A model generated the notes under the pieces. That model was not told the DNA's origin and searched no databases. It saw nothing but the letters and a program-made list of their open reading frames with translations. From sequence record NC_042081.1: 64,000 nt of DNA. One strand, 5' to 3'. Shown piece by piece: positions 14,687 to 24,616 of this stretch. A program made the position numbers and the translations under genes. Positions within the stretch are counted from its first letter, which is position 1. Each line of letters opens with the position of its first letter.

Positions 14687-15976
14687 TTACATTGCATAAC
14701 CACGTTTAAAGTCATCGATGACTTTATCAAATCGACGCTGCCATTCGCGAATAGCATCATTGAAGCCATGGATCTTATAATCTTCACTAACTACTTGTGC
14801 ACACTTACCATAATAGTTAAGTACGCAACTAGCTGCTAGATATTGTGCTTGAGAATATTCAAACATCGTATCAGTAATACGACGCATACCTTCAAGGGAA
14901 GTGTTGATTAATTGAACAGACTCACCAATAGCATCAATAGTTTCTTGACTATAATTACGTGATAGTTGCTTTAACTTACGTAGAGTATCACTGCTATTGC
15001 GATATGCTTTTAACAAATCATCAAGTGGTGCGACAAAACGATCTTTTAACAGATGTGAGTTTTTCCAGAAATTCTTATCAGGGAAATCTGGAATGCTTGA
15101 ACGATCAGGATACACTGTAGATAGTTCATTGCACCGGGTAGCTAGTTTACCAATCTCACGGATATTAGCGATAGGCATAAGTGCACGATAATCATCACCA
15201 TTGTAATTAACATATTCAATGATAGTGCCAACTAGCTTTTCCATTGTACCTAGTTCAGTACGTGCTTCATTATTAATATTAATGATTTCTTTCTGGTAGT
15301 ATACACTACCAAATGCAGCAGCATATACACGACTAGCTAGGATTTTAGGATCATCAATGATTGATTGTGCAATTGCATCAAACTTTTCTAGTAGCGCATC
15401 CTTTCGATTACCTAATCGATTTTTAACTAGTAACTCTTGAAAGAGAGTACGTGCTTGATCAACTGCCCGGACAATCTTTCCATAACGAGTTGCTACAACA
15501 ACATCGCGCTTCTTAAAATCACTAATCCAACGCATCAGCTTAGCAAATAGTTCCATTAGTTTCTCAAACCAAGTCTTAAGAGTATTAATGATGGTAGCCA
15601 TCACTGCCTCTTGAGAAATAGTCACATTAAGAGTACTACGGGTTGGTGTAAACATAGAAGCATATTGCTCAAGTGAAGCTACTGCTTTCTTAGGAGCTTC
15701 AAACCCTTCAGTGCTCATGCGCTTAACTAATGCTCGAATACCATCAACATCTGGTTTTGATACGCCTTCAAGTTTAGTGATTGCATAAATATCAGATAGC
15801 TGATGAATCGCTTCGACAGCTACACACATCTTAGCTAAAATTTCAGGAGCCGAGGCACTTGAAACAGTCTCTTCTTCGCCTTCAACCATCTCTGGTTGGT
15901 TCTCATCAAAGAAAAGTTTTTCCTCTTCGACATCTACTTCTTTAACATGAGACATGGGTTTAACCTCACTCATCAA
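14687..15976 (-). CDS. Head protein, phiKZ gp86-like; distant member of the gp93-95 family
   Basis: 429 aa. ASLEQY..VTISQEAV..LKTWFEKL parallels the gp93-95 block. Confidence 0.65.
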   Translation of the reverse strand: MMSEVKPMSHVKEVDVEEEKLFFDENQPEMVEGEEETVSSASAPEILAKMCVAVEAIHQLSDIYAITKLEGVSKPDVDGIRALVKRMSTEGFEAPKKAVASLEQYASMFTPTRSTLNVTISQEAVMATIINTLKTWFEKLMELFAKLMRWISDFKKRDVVVATRYGKIVRAVDQARTLFQELLVKNRLGNRKDALLEKFDAIAQSIIDDPKILASRVYAAAFGSVYYQKEIININNEARTELGTMEKLVGTIIEYVNYNGDDYRALMPIANIREIGKLATRCNELSTVYPDRSSIPDFPDKNFWKNSHLLKDRFVAPLDDLLKAYRNSSDTLRKLKQLSRNYSQETIDAIGESVQLINTSLEGMRRITDTMFEYSQAQYLAASCVLNYYGKCAQVVSEDYKIHGFNDAIREWQRRFDKVIDDFKRGYAM

Positions 15977-16415
15977 TACTACCGATTAATTGATTTAATG
16001 CATTACCCATGTCTGCTTGGATACGGTTATAATCTGGGCCATTAACAACGGCAGAGACAATATTGATATCATCGACAGTTAGATAATCATTAGCGGTATC
16101 AGATGTCAGTACAGCTTTGACAAGACATGGATCAGTAATACCGTTGATAAGACTTTGGCGAATGCGAAGAATATTGTTAAAATATGTTACGGCTAGTTTA
16201 GTATCAACTGCAATATTCTCATTAACTTTACTTAAGATTTTCTTAAATTTAGCAACAGCTTTATCCTGTTGTTCATTGAAATCAAGTAAAATCTCAAATG
16301 GAATCTGTAATGCCACCGCATTAGCTAGGAGCATTGCGCGGGTTTTACGATCAGAACCACCTAAGTTAGGCAGTTGCTTTAAAATACGGGAAAGTTCAAA
16401 ACCTAATTGTTGCAT
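15966..16415 (-). CDS. Virion-associated protein, phiKZ gp85-like
   Basis: 149 aa; overlaps the start of the gp86-like gene. Confidence 0.6.
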   Translation of the reverse strand: MQQLGFELSRILKQLPNLGGSDRKTRAMLLANAVALQIPFEILLDFNEQQDKAVAKFKKILSKVNENIAVDTKLAVTYFNNILRIRQSLINGITDPCLVKAVLTSDTANDYLTVDDINIVSAVVNGPDYNRIQADMGNALNQLIGSIDE

Positions 16416-16426
16416 GATTTTTCTCT

Positions 16427-17668
16427 CTATTTAGTTAAGCGGTAGGCTCTTACAAATAAGTCATTATTTAATAGACTTTCTAAAGTATCTTCTAATTCAG
16501 TAGCCCGTTTATCTTTACGACGCTGGGGACTAAGGAAATCTAAAATTTTATCAAAAATGGTCCACTCATTAGCTAAATCATTTATCAATGAATCAATTAC
16601 TTTAATGTCATCATCAATTCCTGGTTTTAGTGATGAGTCCTTTACCCATTTAAGTTGTGCTACTAGATCTTGTTTAATTTTCATTAAACGTTGTCGTTGT
16701 TTGTCATAACGTGAACTAATTGGATCATATCCAACTTTTAAATTACCGGCAATGATACCTAGCGTAACAGGTAAACCAATGATCATAAATAGACCTTTGA
16801 ATACCTCAGCAGTAATATGGCTAGAAACAGATTTATATTCACGGTCATTATAATACCGACCTGATTTAGTTAATGCCGTTGCCAGTGGCCTTCCATAACC
16901 TAATCGAGTGGCGAATAAATCAGCTAATTGTTCATCGCGTTTACGTGATTGAACATCACCAGTTAAATGCGGACGTTGCGCTTTCTTAAATGATGATAGA
17001 ATGACTTTACGAATATTTCCTTCAGTCCTATCATTAGCAAACTTCTCATAATCGGCTGGATCAACGTTTTTCTTTAACCATGTTTCATCCAATAATTGAA
17101 TCTTATACTTATTAGCTTTCCTACCCTGTAAGATAAGTATACCTTCAGTAAGTGCATAGTTAAGATAGACGTAGTCACCCATTGTAGCCAGTGTTTCCCA
17201 ACAATGCCCAATTTCATGTAATGTAATGGCAGTAGCTTCTGCTATACTAACACGGTTAATAGCCGATAATAAACCAATAGATAAACCGACCTTGTATTTA
17301 AAAGTTGAAACAGCCTCACCCGTAACTTTTAAATTTGTTAAATCAATATTAATGAATGTATTGACACCTTGCTCAGTTGCTAAAGTAACTCGATTAATAT
17401 TGTCAAATTTACTACCAGTATGTCCAACTGTAAAGGATGTGTATGCACCACCCATTATACCCTGATCATCCAGGTGTGTAAACTCTATATTCATATTGAG
17501 GATCTTAGAAACATCATCACTCAGTGACCTAAAATCATTAATATCTATTCTCTGTTGATTATCTAATTTATCACGAATCTTGGTTAGATGTTCTTCGATC
17601 AATGGACCTAAGTCACGCTTAACATTCACATCTAACACTTCATTAGAGATTTCTATCGTATGTAGCAT
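16427..17668 (-). CDS. Virion-associated protein with zinc-metallopeptidase motif, phiKZ gp84-like
   Basis: HEIGH (HExxH) plus downstream EQLADLFA..LGYG..LA.AL, typical of M48/zincin peptidases. Confidence 0.65.
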   Translation of the reverse strand: MLHTIEISNEVLDVNVKRDLGPLIEEHLTKIRDKLDNQQRIDINDFRSLSDDVSKILNMNIEFTHLDDQGIMGGAYTSFTVGHTGSKFDNINRVTLATEQGVNTFINIDLTNLKVTGEAVSTFKYKVGLSIGLLSAINRVSIAEATAITLHEIGHCWETLATMGDYVYLNYALTEGILILQGRKANKYKIQLLDETWLKKNVDPADYEKFANDRTEGNIRKVILSSFKKAQRPHLTGDVQSRKRDEQLADLFATRLGYGRPLATALTKSGRYYNDREYKSVSSHITAEVFKGLFMIIGLPVTLGIIAGNLKVGYDPISSRYDKQRQRLMKIKQDLVAQLKWVKDSSLKPGIDDDIKVIDSLINDLANEWTIFDKILDFLSPQRRKDKRATELEDTLESLLNNDLFVRAYRLTK

Positions 17669-17769
17669 TTTATATCTCTACCAGTATTAATTTATAATCA
17701 TAAAGATAAGGCTGCGTTGTATAGAATTCAATCTTATGCACTACGTATTATAAAAGAGGCGCACACAAA

Positions 17770-19284
17770 ATGTTTGAGTTATTGTTGTCTTCTGGACTAA
17801 CAAATACGCCTATATATTCCGATCCTTATCCAGGTCCTAAAACACTGATAGCTGGGACAAGGGAATTAGGTTTGTATGGTGAAACAACATCTTCAGAATT
17901 ATTTGGTTATGATGATGCAGCTAAATTAGTTAATATGACATTTGGAACAGTAATCAATGATGGACAACCATGGTTAAAGTTCTCTAATAAAAATGTTACT
18001 TGTTACATACCAAAGAAACCAGCTCGTAAATCAATACAAAAATCACGGCTTAATAATGCCGGACTCCGTAATGGTGACTATGAAGTTAGATTTATGGGGA
18101 ACATTTATAAATTTGGTTTATTAACAATGGCTGGTGCCACATCAGAATGGCAAAGGTTACTTTATAATGTTCACGTATCTAATTTAAATGGTGCTAACTG
18201 GCCTTATAAATTTACAGATAATGACTTAGGTATTAACCAAGCGGTCGCTGGTGGTATTAGCACTGATGGTACTACTAACTGGGGAAGAGACCCAGGTAGT
18301 GATCCAGTTAATGACCAGCTCTATCGTGGCTACTATGCGATTGATATAACTAGCTCGTCAAGTAGTGAAACGGGTGCTGCAACCCAAGGTTGGCGTCCAG
18401 TGGTTTATGCTAGTGGTACATATCCATTCGTTAAAGATAATGTTATTAAACTTACTGATTTTGAAACTGATAACGAAATGGCAGCAGGTGCCCAAATAGG
18501 TAACTTAGTCTATTATTACGGTGGTAAGAATAATGCTAATACTGCTCTACGTACACTGAATTTAGTCACGGGTAAGTTAACAACATTACAACCAACTGGT
18601 ACGCCTATAGCAGTTAAACAATGCTCGGCTGTTGCATTTAATGGTAAAGTATATTTCTATGGTGGTGAAAGTGCCACAGATGGTGTACTTACTAAAGATA
18701 TGCAGTGTTATGATCCTGCAACTAATACATGGGAAATAAAATCACCAGGCACGATAGCTTGCCGGTATGCACGTGGAACTAGTCTTAATGGGTTAATCTA
18801 CATATTAGGTGCAGCTGATACAACTGCGACAAATAATCGTGGATTTACATTAATGTACAATCCAACTACAGATACATATACCAGTGGTGCAGCATTTAAT
18901 GATACTGGGGAATATACCCAAGATTATTCAGTGAGTATTTATAATAATAGCGTATGCGTTATTGGTGGTACGGTTGGTGCTGGTGTTAATACTGGAATCA
19001 TATCGTACAATCAAACCAACAATAATTGGTCCAAACCAATAACTACAGGTATACCTCTTGGTGCAGCTATTAATATACGCCCATCTGGTGAACTTTATGT
19101 AATCGCTGGTGAAAATCAAAATAACGCACCAATTAAGTATTATGAACCACGATTAGCACGATGGATAAATTTAGGTAATTTAGAAACTGGTTTAGTGGAT
19201 GCAGGTTTTGCCAATACGTTTAATAATGACGGTAAGATTTATGTTCTAAACGGTAATCAGAATTTAAAATACCAAATTAGTTAA
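17770..19284 (+). CDS. Kelch-repeat (beta-propeller) virion protein, phiKZ gp83-like
   Basis: C-terminal GG-containing repeats (YYGGKNN, YFYGGES..YDPATNTW, VIGGTVG, YVIAGE); N-terminal MFELLLSSG. Confidence 0.75.
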   Translation: MFELLLSSGLTNTPIYSDPYPGPKTLIAGTRELGLYGETTSSELFGYDDAAKLVNMTFGTVINDGQPWLKFSNKNVTCYIPKKPARKSIQKSRLNNAGLRNGDYEVRFMGNIYKFGLLTMAGATSEWQRLLYNVHVSNLNGANWPYKFTDNDLGINQAVAGGISTDGTTNWGRDPGSDPVNDQLYRGYYAIDITSSSSSETGAATQGWRPVVYASGTYPFVKDNVIKLTDFETDNEMAAGAQIGNLVYYYGGKNNANTALRTLNLVTGKLTTLQPTGTPIAVKQCSAVAFNGKVYFYGGESATDGVLTKDMQCYDPATNTWEIKSPGTIACRYARGTSLNGLIYILGAADTTATNNRGFTLMYNPTTDTYTSGAAFNDTGEYTQDYSVSIYNNSVCVIGGTVGAGVNTGIISYNQTNNNWSKPITTGIPLGAAINIRPSGELYVIAGENQNNAPIKYYEPRLARWINLGNLETGLVDAGFANTFNNDGKIYVLNGNQNLKYQIS

Positions 19285-19290
19285 CGAAAT

Positions 19291-19315
19291 AAACCCTCCC
19301 GTAATGGGAGGGTTT
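19291..19315. terminator. Bidirectional terminator
   Basis: AAACCCTCCC-GTAAT-GGGAGGGTTT followed by TATG. Confidence 0.8.
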
Positions 19316-19387
19316 TATGATGTGTCGAAGTTTATGTTAGCAGTAATGATCAATTGATAATATTTAATTAGGAATACCTTCCATTTT

Positions 19388-19756
19388 TTAATATCCTTCA
19401 TTAAGTAGTTCTGCTAGAGCACGTGCCTGTGAAATATCAGTAGAAGCAAAAACATCAGAAAGATAGTTATCATGTTCTTTTGCATTCTGACGCAATTCAT
19501 CCATTAGATGTTTATTAGATACCGCCCATACTTTCCACAGATTTTTATAATCATCATATTTGGGATTATACCCGTCTAGTGGTGGTTTTCCTTTACCAGC
19601 TTTCCAATGGTTGGAGTATATGCGATATCCTTTACAATCTAACTGCCAAGCTTCCTCAATTGTTCTGCCATCAGGAAGCCTTGCGTAAAGAGCCGAGAAT
19701 CTTTTGTCACCAACAGATGAACATTCATATCCTCCTCGGCGCTTCCACTGATATAT
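19388..19756 (-). CDS. Unannotated ~122-codon ORF with no ATG/GTG/TTG start (ATA start or -1 frameshift from the upstream gene); possibly NADAR-like
   Basis: My translation: IYQWKRRGGYECSSVGDKRFSALYARLPDGRTIEEAWQLDCKGY...SQARALAELLNEGY*. It fills the gap between the polymerase-exonuclease stop and the terminator. Confidence 0.7.
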   Translation of the reverse strand: MYQWKRRGGYECSSVGDKRFSALYARLPDGRTIEEAWQLDCKGYRIYSNHWKAGKGKPPLDGYNPKYDDYKNLWKVWAVSNKHLMDELRQNAKEHDNYLSDVFASTDISQARALAELLNEGY

Positions 19757-21672
19757 TACTTTGGGTTCTTATAGGTATTAATAAACTTCTCTAGCAGGGT
19801 GTCCATTTTAGGAGCACCCATGATCTTCTGTGTGATTTCAATAGCATTAACCCTACCACCTGTTAAGTTTACGCCAACTTCACGGCGATGGTGTTCACTA
19901 ATTCCTTCCATCATTGAGAATTCCATCACACATGTTTCACGTGCAATATTTAGAATCTGACTAACGTTAGGATATGTCGACACGATGTCAAGGTCGGCGA
20001 TATGACAGAAGATTAAGGTTTTATAATTCGGTAAATCTTTAACACACTGCAATCCATTTGGACCTGCCATGTATGATGGTAGTGTAACAATCCAATCATT
20101 ATGGCCAATAACATATTGATCAAGTTCATGCACCATCTGATCTGAACTTGAACCAATGACACATGGCTCTGGTCTATTCAAATACCAGAAGTGCATATCG
20201 TCACATAGTCGTTTTGGGTTAGAACTAAAGTTCTTATAGTCAGATGCCTTAGAGAATAGACTTATAGAGCGACCAAGGTCATTTACTTGTTCATCAAGTT
20301 GTTCTAGTCGAATGGAGTCGATGATGTTATAAAGACCATATTTGATTTTATGCTTAGTCTGCATCTCACGGTGCCAATCGATACCACCAAGATGTGCAGT
20401 TTCTTTAAAGGTTAACTTACCAAATTCCATTACATATCTAATAGAATCACCATAGGTAAAGTTATCATTTAATATAAAATCATCCACCGGTACCCATTCA
20501 TTACTACCTACATTTTTAATATATTTAGTAATAACGCCGCCTGGTCGGTCAACTAGTTGTTTATTAAAACCTTCAATAAAATCTTCTAAGTCCTTATCAT
20601 TTTTAATGGTCGTAGATTTATCGATGTTTAGTTCTTTTCTAAGAATAGACTCTAACCGATAGTTAGGATCACGTCCTTTAGCTAATCGAGTTACTCGATA
20701 AGTTGACATAGAATCGATGCATTGAAAACTAGCGGGTGCTGTAATCCAATGCCATTGATCCTCTGGTCCTTTAGATTTAGTGACCCCAGATGCAGTGGTG
20801 GTCATAGGCTCATCAATCTTAAAATGGAAATACCTATAATTCTTAGGTACCGATGGATCAGAAAAAATATCAGCTGGATTAACGCCATAGTGTTCTAATG
20901 TTTTTAAGATTCTGCCAATGTCGAAGCTAATATTCCAGAATGCGAAGAAATCTGGTTTCCAGGTATGTAGTCGTTTAAAACATTCAATAATAATATCTAC
21001 TGGTGTTTCAACAACCATTACTTCAATATCTAGACCACGTTCTTTAATTAGATGTGATAGTACCTCTTCTTTTTGTGCTTGTTCTAATGTCTCTTTCACT
21101 GGATCTTCAATATCACTAACCCATCGTTTTAAATAGGCTAGGAAAGCTTTGTTCTTATGTGTAACTGACATACAGATAATCTGACCATCGTTCTCAGCTT
21201 CATAAACGTTGGTTTCGATGTCACCGCCAGCAACAGTGTTTAGAGAGATTAGACCAGGATAACGTTCTTGATAATCATGCTTCAGATAACAGGTTGAACT
21301 AACATCACTGCCATATAGGTAAGGACTACGCGCTAGTTGACGAAGAGATCTAGCCGAATAGTCACCTAGGATTTTACTAATCTTACGTTTCATGTCAATT
21401 TGAGTTGACATGTATTTAACTAAGTTACGCTCATATTCGTAATCTTTCTTTTCTTTATGGTTACGCATTCCTTTTGCGGTAATCCAAAAAGGACGCTGGT
21501 AGTTTTCCCACATCCTTAAATTATTTGCAGTTGTACCATCTTCAAAATGAATTCGTTCTTTAACGAAATGTGCATCTGTAAACTTACCAAATTGATCAGT
21601 ACAATAAGTAATATGTTTGGCTTCAATGCCCTTAATCTTTTTCTTATTTGTAACCTGTTGTTCATTAGACAT
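19756..21672 (-). CDS. Family B DNA polymerase, N-terminal half (3'-5' exonuclease plus motif A), phiKZ gp82-like
   Basis: ExoI GDIET, ExoII WNISFD, ExoIII YNIIDS, and polymerase motif A DLDIVSTYPN. Confidence 0.9.
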   Translation of the reverse strand: MSNEQQVTNKKKIKGIEAKHITYCTDQFGKFTDAHFVKERIHFEDGTTANNLRMWENYQRPFWITAKGMRNHKEKKDYEYERNLVKYMSTQIDMKRKISKILGDYSARSLRQLARSPYLYGSDVSSTCYLKHDYQERYPGLISLNTVAGGDIETNVYEAENDGQIICMSVTHKNKAFLAYLKRWVSDIEDPVKETLEQAQKEEVLSHLIKERGLDIEVMVVETPVDIIIECFKRLHTWKPDFFAFWNISFDIGRILKTLEHYGVNPADIFSDPSVPKNYRYFHFKIDEPMTTTASGVTKSKGPEDQWHWITAPASFQCIDSMSTYRVTRLAKGRDPNYRLESILRKELNIDKSTTIKNDKDLEDFIEGFNKQLVDRPGGVITKYIKNVGSNEWVPVDDFILNDNFTYGDSIRYVMEFGKLTFKETAHLGGIDWHREMQTKHKIKYGLYNIIDSIRLEQLDEQVNDLGRSISLFSKASDYKNFSSNPKRLCDDMHFWYLNRPEPCVIGSSSDQMVHELDQYVIGHNDWIVTLPSYMAGPNGLQCVKDLPNYKTLIFCHIADLDIVSTYPNVSQILNIARETCVMEFSMMEGISEHHRREVGVNLTGGRVNAIEITQKIMGAPKMDTLLEKFINTYKNPK

Positions 21673-21748
21673 TGCTATAACCTCAGCACATATTGATATT
21701 TATCTACGTACTATATTAGTGCCTAGTAAAAGTAATAATCAGCATAAA

Positions 21749-21766
21749 GCCTCCCCTAGGGGAGGC
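21749..21766. terminator. Terminator hairpin
   Basis: GCCTCCCC-TA-GGGGAGGC flanked by CATAA and AATATG. Confidence 0.75.
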
Positions 21767-21773
21767 AATATGT

Positions 21774-23195
21774 TTACATACCAGCTTTCTGCCGGAAGAA
21801 GTGTAGAACGAGTTGCCGCTTACCTTCAGGGATGAAACGTGCAAGATAGTTAATATCTACCTGATAAAGCGCATCTGATACATCACTAGTAAATAGGCAG
21901 AATAAAGTAAGAAGATTAATGTGTGCTTCTTGACGGTTATTCTGAGTAGGTAGAGTAGCAACAAAGCGAAGTGCGTTAGATTCACTAAATAGAGTATTAC
22001 GATTTTTCTTAACGAAATCAAAGATAATATCCATGCCTGATTTAAAGCCTTCAATATCTTCGATTGTCATTACGTAGTTGAATACATCATCTAGTTTCTT
22101 TTGTGCATCGCCACCACGTTCGATAGTGATATAGTCACCAGGTTTAGCACCAGTGGCAAACTGCTCTAGACGAGATTCGATAAATACTTGGTTCATTTTG
22201 GTCATACCTTTACGAAGTACAGGTTCATTAGATGTTGATTCACTATTCAAGATTTTAACTTCCCCGGTTGGTTTAATATCATCTTTACCAGAGAATACTT
22301 TCCATTGTTCAACAATAGTTTCAATATCTTGACTAGTGGTAGGTAAGAATAAGCGATCGCGTAACTCAATAGCAATTTTAAAATCTTTTATCAGATTACT
22401 ATTTTTAATAAGTCCTTCAGCCCAGTCTTCAAGCTCTGCTGTCGTCCAATCGGTAGGTGGAGCATTATCACGAATAACACTATTGACCCAACTACCACGT
22501 AGTGTTTTTGGTGGAGTAATACCTTGTTTAACAAAATCAACCACTTCTTGGGTAGACCAATCTAGTGGAATATTACTAGTGTGAATACGCAGTTGCTTGA
22601 CTAATTCTTCAAGCTTGATACTGTCTTCAGTATTGCGAATATCTTGTTTCAGAGTATCTTCATTAACTACCGGTACAATTACTTCCTCAGTAGTCTCATT
22701 CTCTTTAGCCCGTTTAGTTAAAATATCATCAGCAATATCTGCGATATCATTAACTACACCAGTTAGACGATGGTTAGCAGCATCGATTAGTTCATCATCT
22801 GACCATTCATCATAAGGACGATATTTACGGGTTGGGTCAAATACAAAGCTACCGAGTTCAGTTTTACCTTTAGCAATGCCATCATTGGTAAACCATTCAA
22901 TGACATTTTCATCTGTCCATGTTTCAGGAATATCATAGCCAGTACGCAGTGCATCTACGTTAACTTTAGCTAATTCTGAAGTATCGTTAACTGCATTAAC
23001 TGATGAATTAATATCATCTGCTGTAGCATATACTTCCTCAGGAGATACTAATTCAATATTTGTTAATCCTCGACCAATTTCAGAAGTTGGCTTTTCTTCA
23101 GTTTCTTCTGATAAAACTTCGTCTTTGACAATGGGTTTTTCAGGTAAACGATTGAGTTGAGGAAACTTTCCAAATCGTTGATTCTTTTTAGACAT
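21774..23195 (-). CDS. Conserved hypothetical protein, phiKZ gp81-like, with a duplicated W-rich module
   Basis: 473 aa. IPETWTDENV..KT..G..V..R..WSDDEL and IPLDWSTQEV..KT..G.WV..R..WTTAEL. Confidence 0.65.
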   Translation of the reverse strand: MSKKNQRFGKFPQLNRLPEKPIVKDEVLSEETEEKPTSEIGRGLTNIELVSPEEVYATADDINSSVNAVNDTSELAKVNVDALRTGYDIPETWTDENVIEWFTNDGIAKGKTELGSFVFDPTRKYRPYDEWSDDELIDAANHRLTGVVNDIADIADDILTKRAKENETTEEVIVPVVNEDTLKQDIRNTEDSIKLEELVKQLRIHTSNIPLDWSTQEVVDFVKQGITPPKTLRGSWVNSVIRDNAPPTDWTTAELEDWAEGLIKNSNLIKDFKIAIELRDRLFLPTTSQDIETIVEQWKVFSGKDDIKPTGEVKILNSESTSNEPVLRKGMTKMNQVFIESRLEQFATGAKPGDYITIERGGDAQKKLDDVFNYVMTIEDIEGFKSGMDIIFDFVKKNRNTLFSESNALRFVATLPTQNNRQEAHINLLTLFCLFTSDVSDALYQVDINYLARFIPEGKRQLVLHFFRQKAGM

Positions 23196-23226
23196 TACTA
23201 GTTCCTTTCTGGTTATAATCTAAATA

Positions 23227-23252
23227 ATGGAGAAGCTGAGTAACTTCTCCAT
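23227..23252 (-). terminator. Terminator hairpin after the gp80-like gene
   Basis: ATGGAGAAG-N8-CTTCTCCAT. Confidence 0.65.
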
Positions 23253-23257
23253 CTATT

Positions 23258-24616
23258 TTAACTGATGCGATCGCGATAAGACCATTTAACAGTCTTAAGA
23301 ACAGCACTGTGCATTTTAGACATGAAGATGGATAGGAATCGACCACCAACACCTGCCGCTGCTGCTGGGATGCCATTAGGGTTCTCTGACATTTGTTTAC
23401 CCATACAGACAGCGCATACGTTCTTACCTCTACCTATTACACCATTAGCTGGATCACCACCGGCCTTACATGTCATTGGACCACGTAGTTCAATCTCAGT
23501 GCCAACTAGTTCATCAATGTTAGTTTCTTCAATAAGGATAGATTTCCCATTCTTAACATAAGACAAGCCAATGAAATCTTTCTTATTAAATTGATGAACA
23601 GTGGTTGGAATACCTATCCATGTGTTGCAGTCTTCCATAATAATCCTGACTGTACCAACCATTCGATAAATCGTTTTAGTTGACTCACCGCCAAGGGCTG
23701 TTTGTGCACCACGGTTATATGAGCCATAACGTAATGAGTTATTCATTACTGGCATATGGTCAGTGTCAATGCCTTCTTCCAATGATTTACCGATATATTC
23801 AACTGATGTACCATCTTGGAATGGCGCTTCCCCACCAAACATACCAAATACTTTCTTACGCACGCCACCAAATAATTTACTATGTTTAGTGTCATAGAAC
23901 TCATAAGAAGGATCGTCTTTTAGATAGTCCTCATCTAGCTTGATTAATGCATTACCCATCTCTGCAATAACAGCCGGATCATCTAACCGATCTTTATATT
24001 TCTCTTCTAGTTCTTTGCGTAACTTATCTCTGTCTGGTGCAGAGGTCATTGATTTCTCAGTAATGGATGTTACCAAGGTACTAGCATATGCTGGCAATGC
24101 TAAACAATGATCTGCAAACATCCGATATTGCCATACATATAACTTACCATCAGTTGCACGCGGTGGATTATCATCATCAATTGGATCATCGATCATGCGG
24201 TTAAGAATTTCTTTCTCAACTTTACCAATATCGAAATAACCAGATTGGAATGGGAACAGATCACCGAAAGGTAAACATAATACTAAATGGTTAACAAAAA
24301 CGTTACCATAAGTTGTTCTTAATGCACCTGGTCCTTTATAGTTTTCAATTTCACCAGGTTGTAAAATGAATTCATCTCGAAATGCTAATGGTTGTTTACC
24401 TTCAATATAATCGTCGATATAAACAACTTCATCATTAGAATCGCCTTCTTTATAGAAGAACATTTTACCATCTTTGAAATATGGCTTGTATAGATATTCA
24501 CCACCATCATTTGGGTTATAAACGATATTAAATAAAACGTTAACCCATGCTCGTTTCTTATCTAATCCAGCATTGATACCCATTAGAAAATAATCACGTA
24601 ATTTCATTAGTATCAC
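23258..24616 (-). CDS. rpoC: Virion RNA polymerase beta'-like subunit fragment, phiKZ gp80-like
   Basis: Bridge-helix-like GSYNRGAQTALGGESTKTIYR, Zn site EDC..RGPMTC..VCAVCMG, trigger-loop-like C-terminus. Confidence 0.85.
   Translation of the reverse strand: MILMKLRDYFLMGINAGLDKKRAWVNVLFNIVYNPNDGGEYLYKPYFKDGKMFFYKEGDSNDEVVYIDDYIEGKQPLAFRDEFILQPGEIENYKGPGALRTTYGNVFVNHLVLCLPFGDLFPFQSGYFDIGKVEKEILNRMIDDPIDDDNPPRATDGKLYVWQYRMFADHCLALPAYASTLVTSITEKSMTSAPDRDKLRKELEEKYKDRLDDPAVIAEMGNALIKLDEDYLKDDPSYEFYDTKHSKLFGGVRKKVFGMFGGEAPFQDGTSVEYIGKSLEEGIDTDHMPVMNNSLRYGSYNRGAQTALGGESTKTIYRMVGTVRIIMEDCNTWIGIPTTVHQFNKKDFIGLSYVKNGKSILIEETNIDELVGTEIELRGPMTCKAGGDPANGVIGRGKNVCAVCMGKQMSENPNGIPAAAAGVGGRFLSIFMSKMHSAVLKTVKWSYRDRIS

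Noticed and set aside
19726-19737. Strong SD GAGGAGG plus ATG opening a 29-codon frame
   Set aside because: Only 2 nt between SD and ATG; it is explained as Arg-Gly-Gly-Tyr codons of the hidden ORF.
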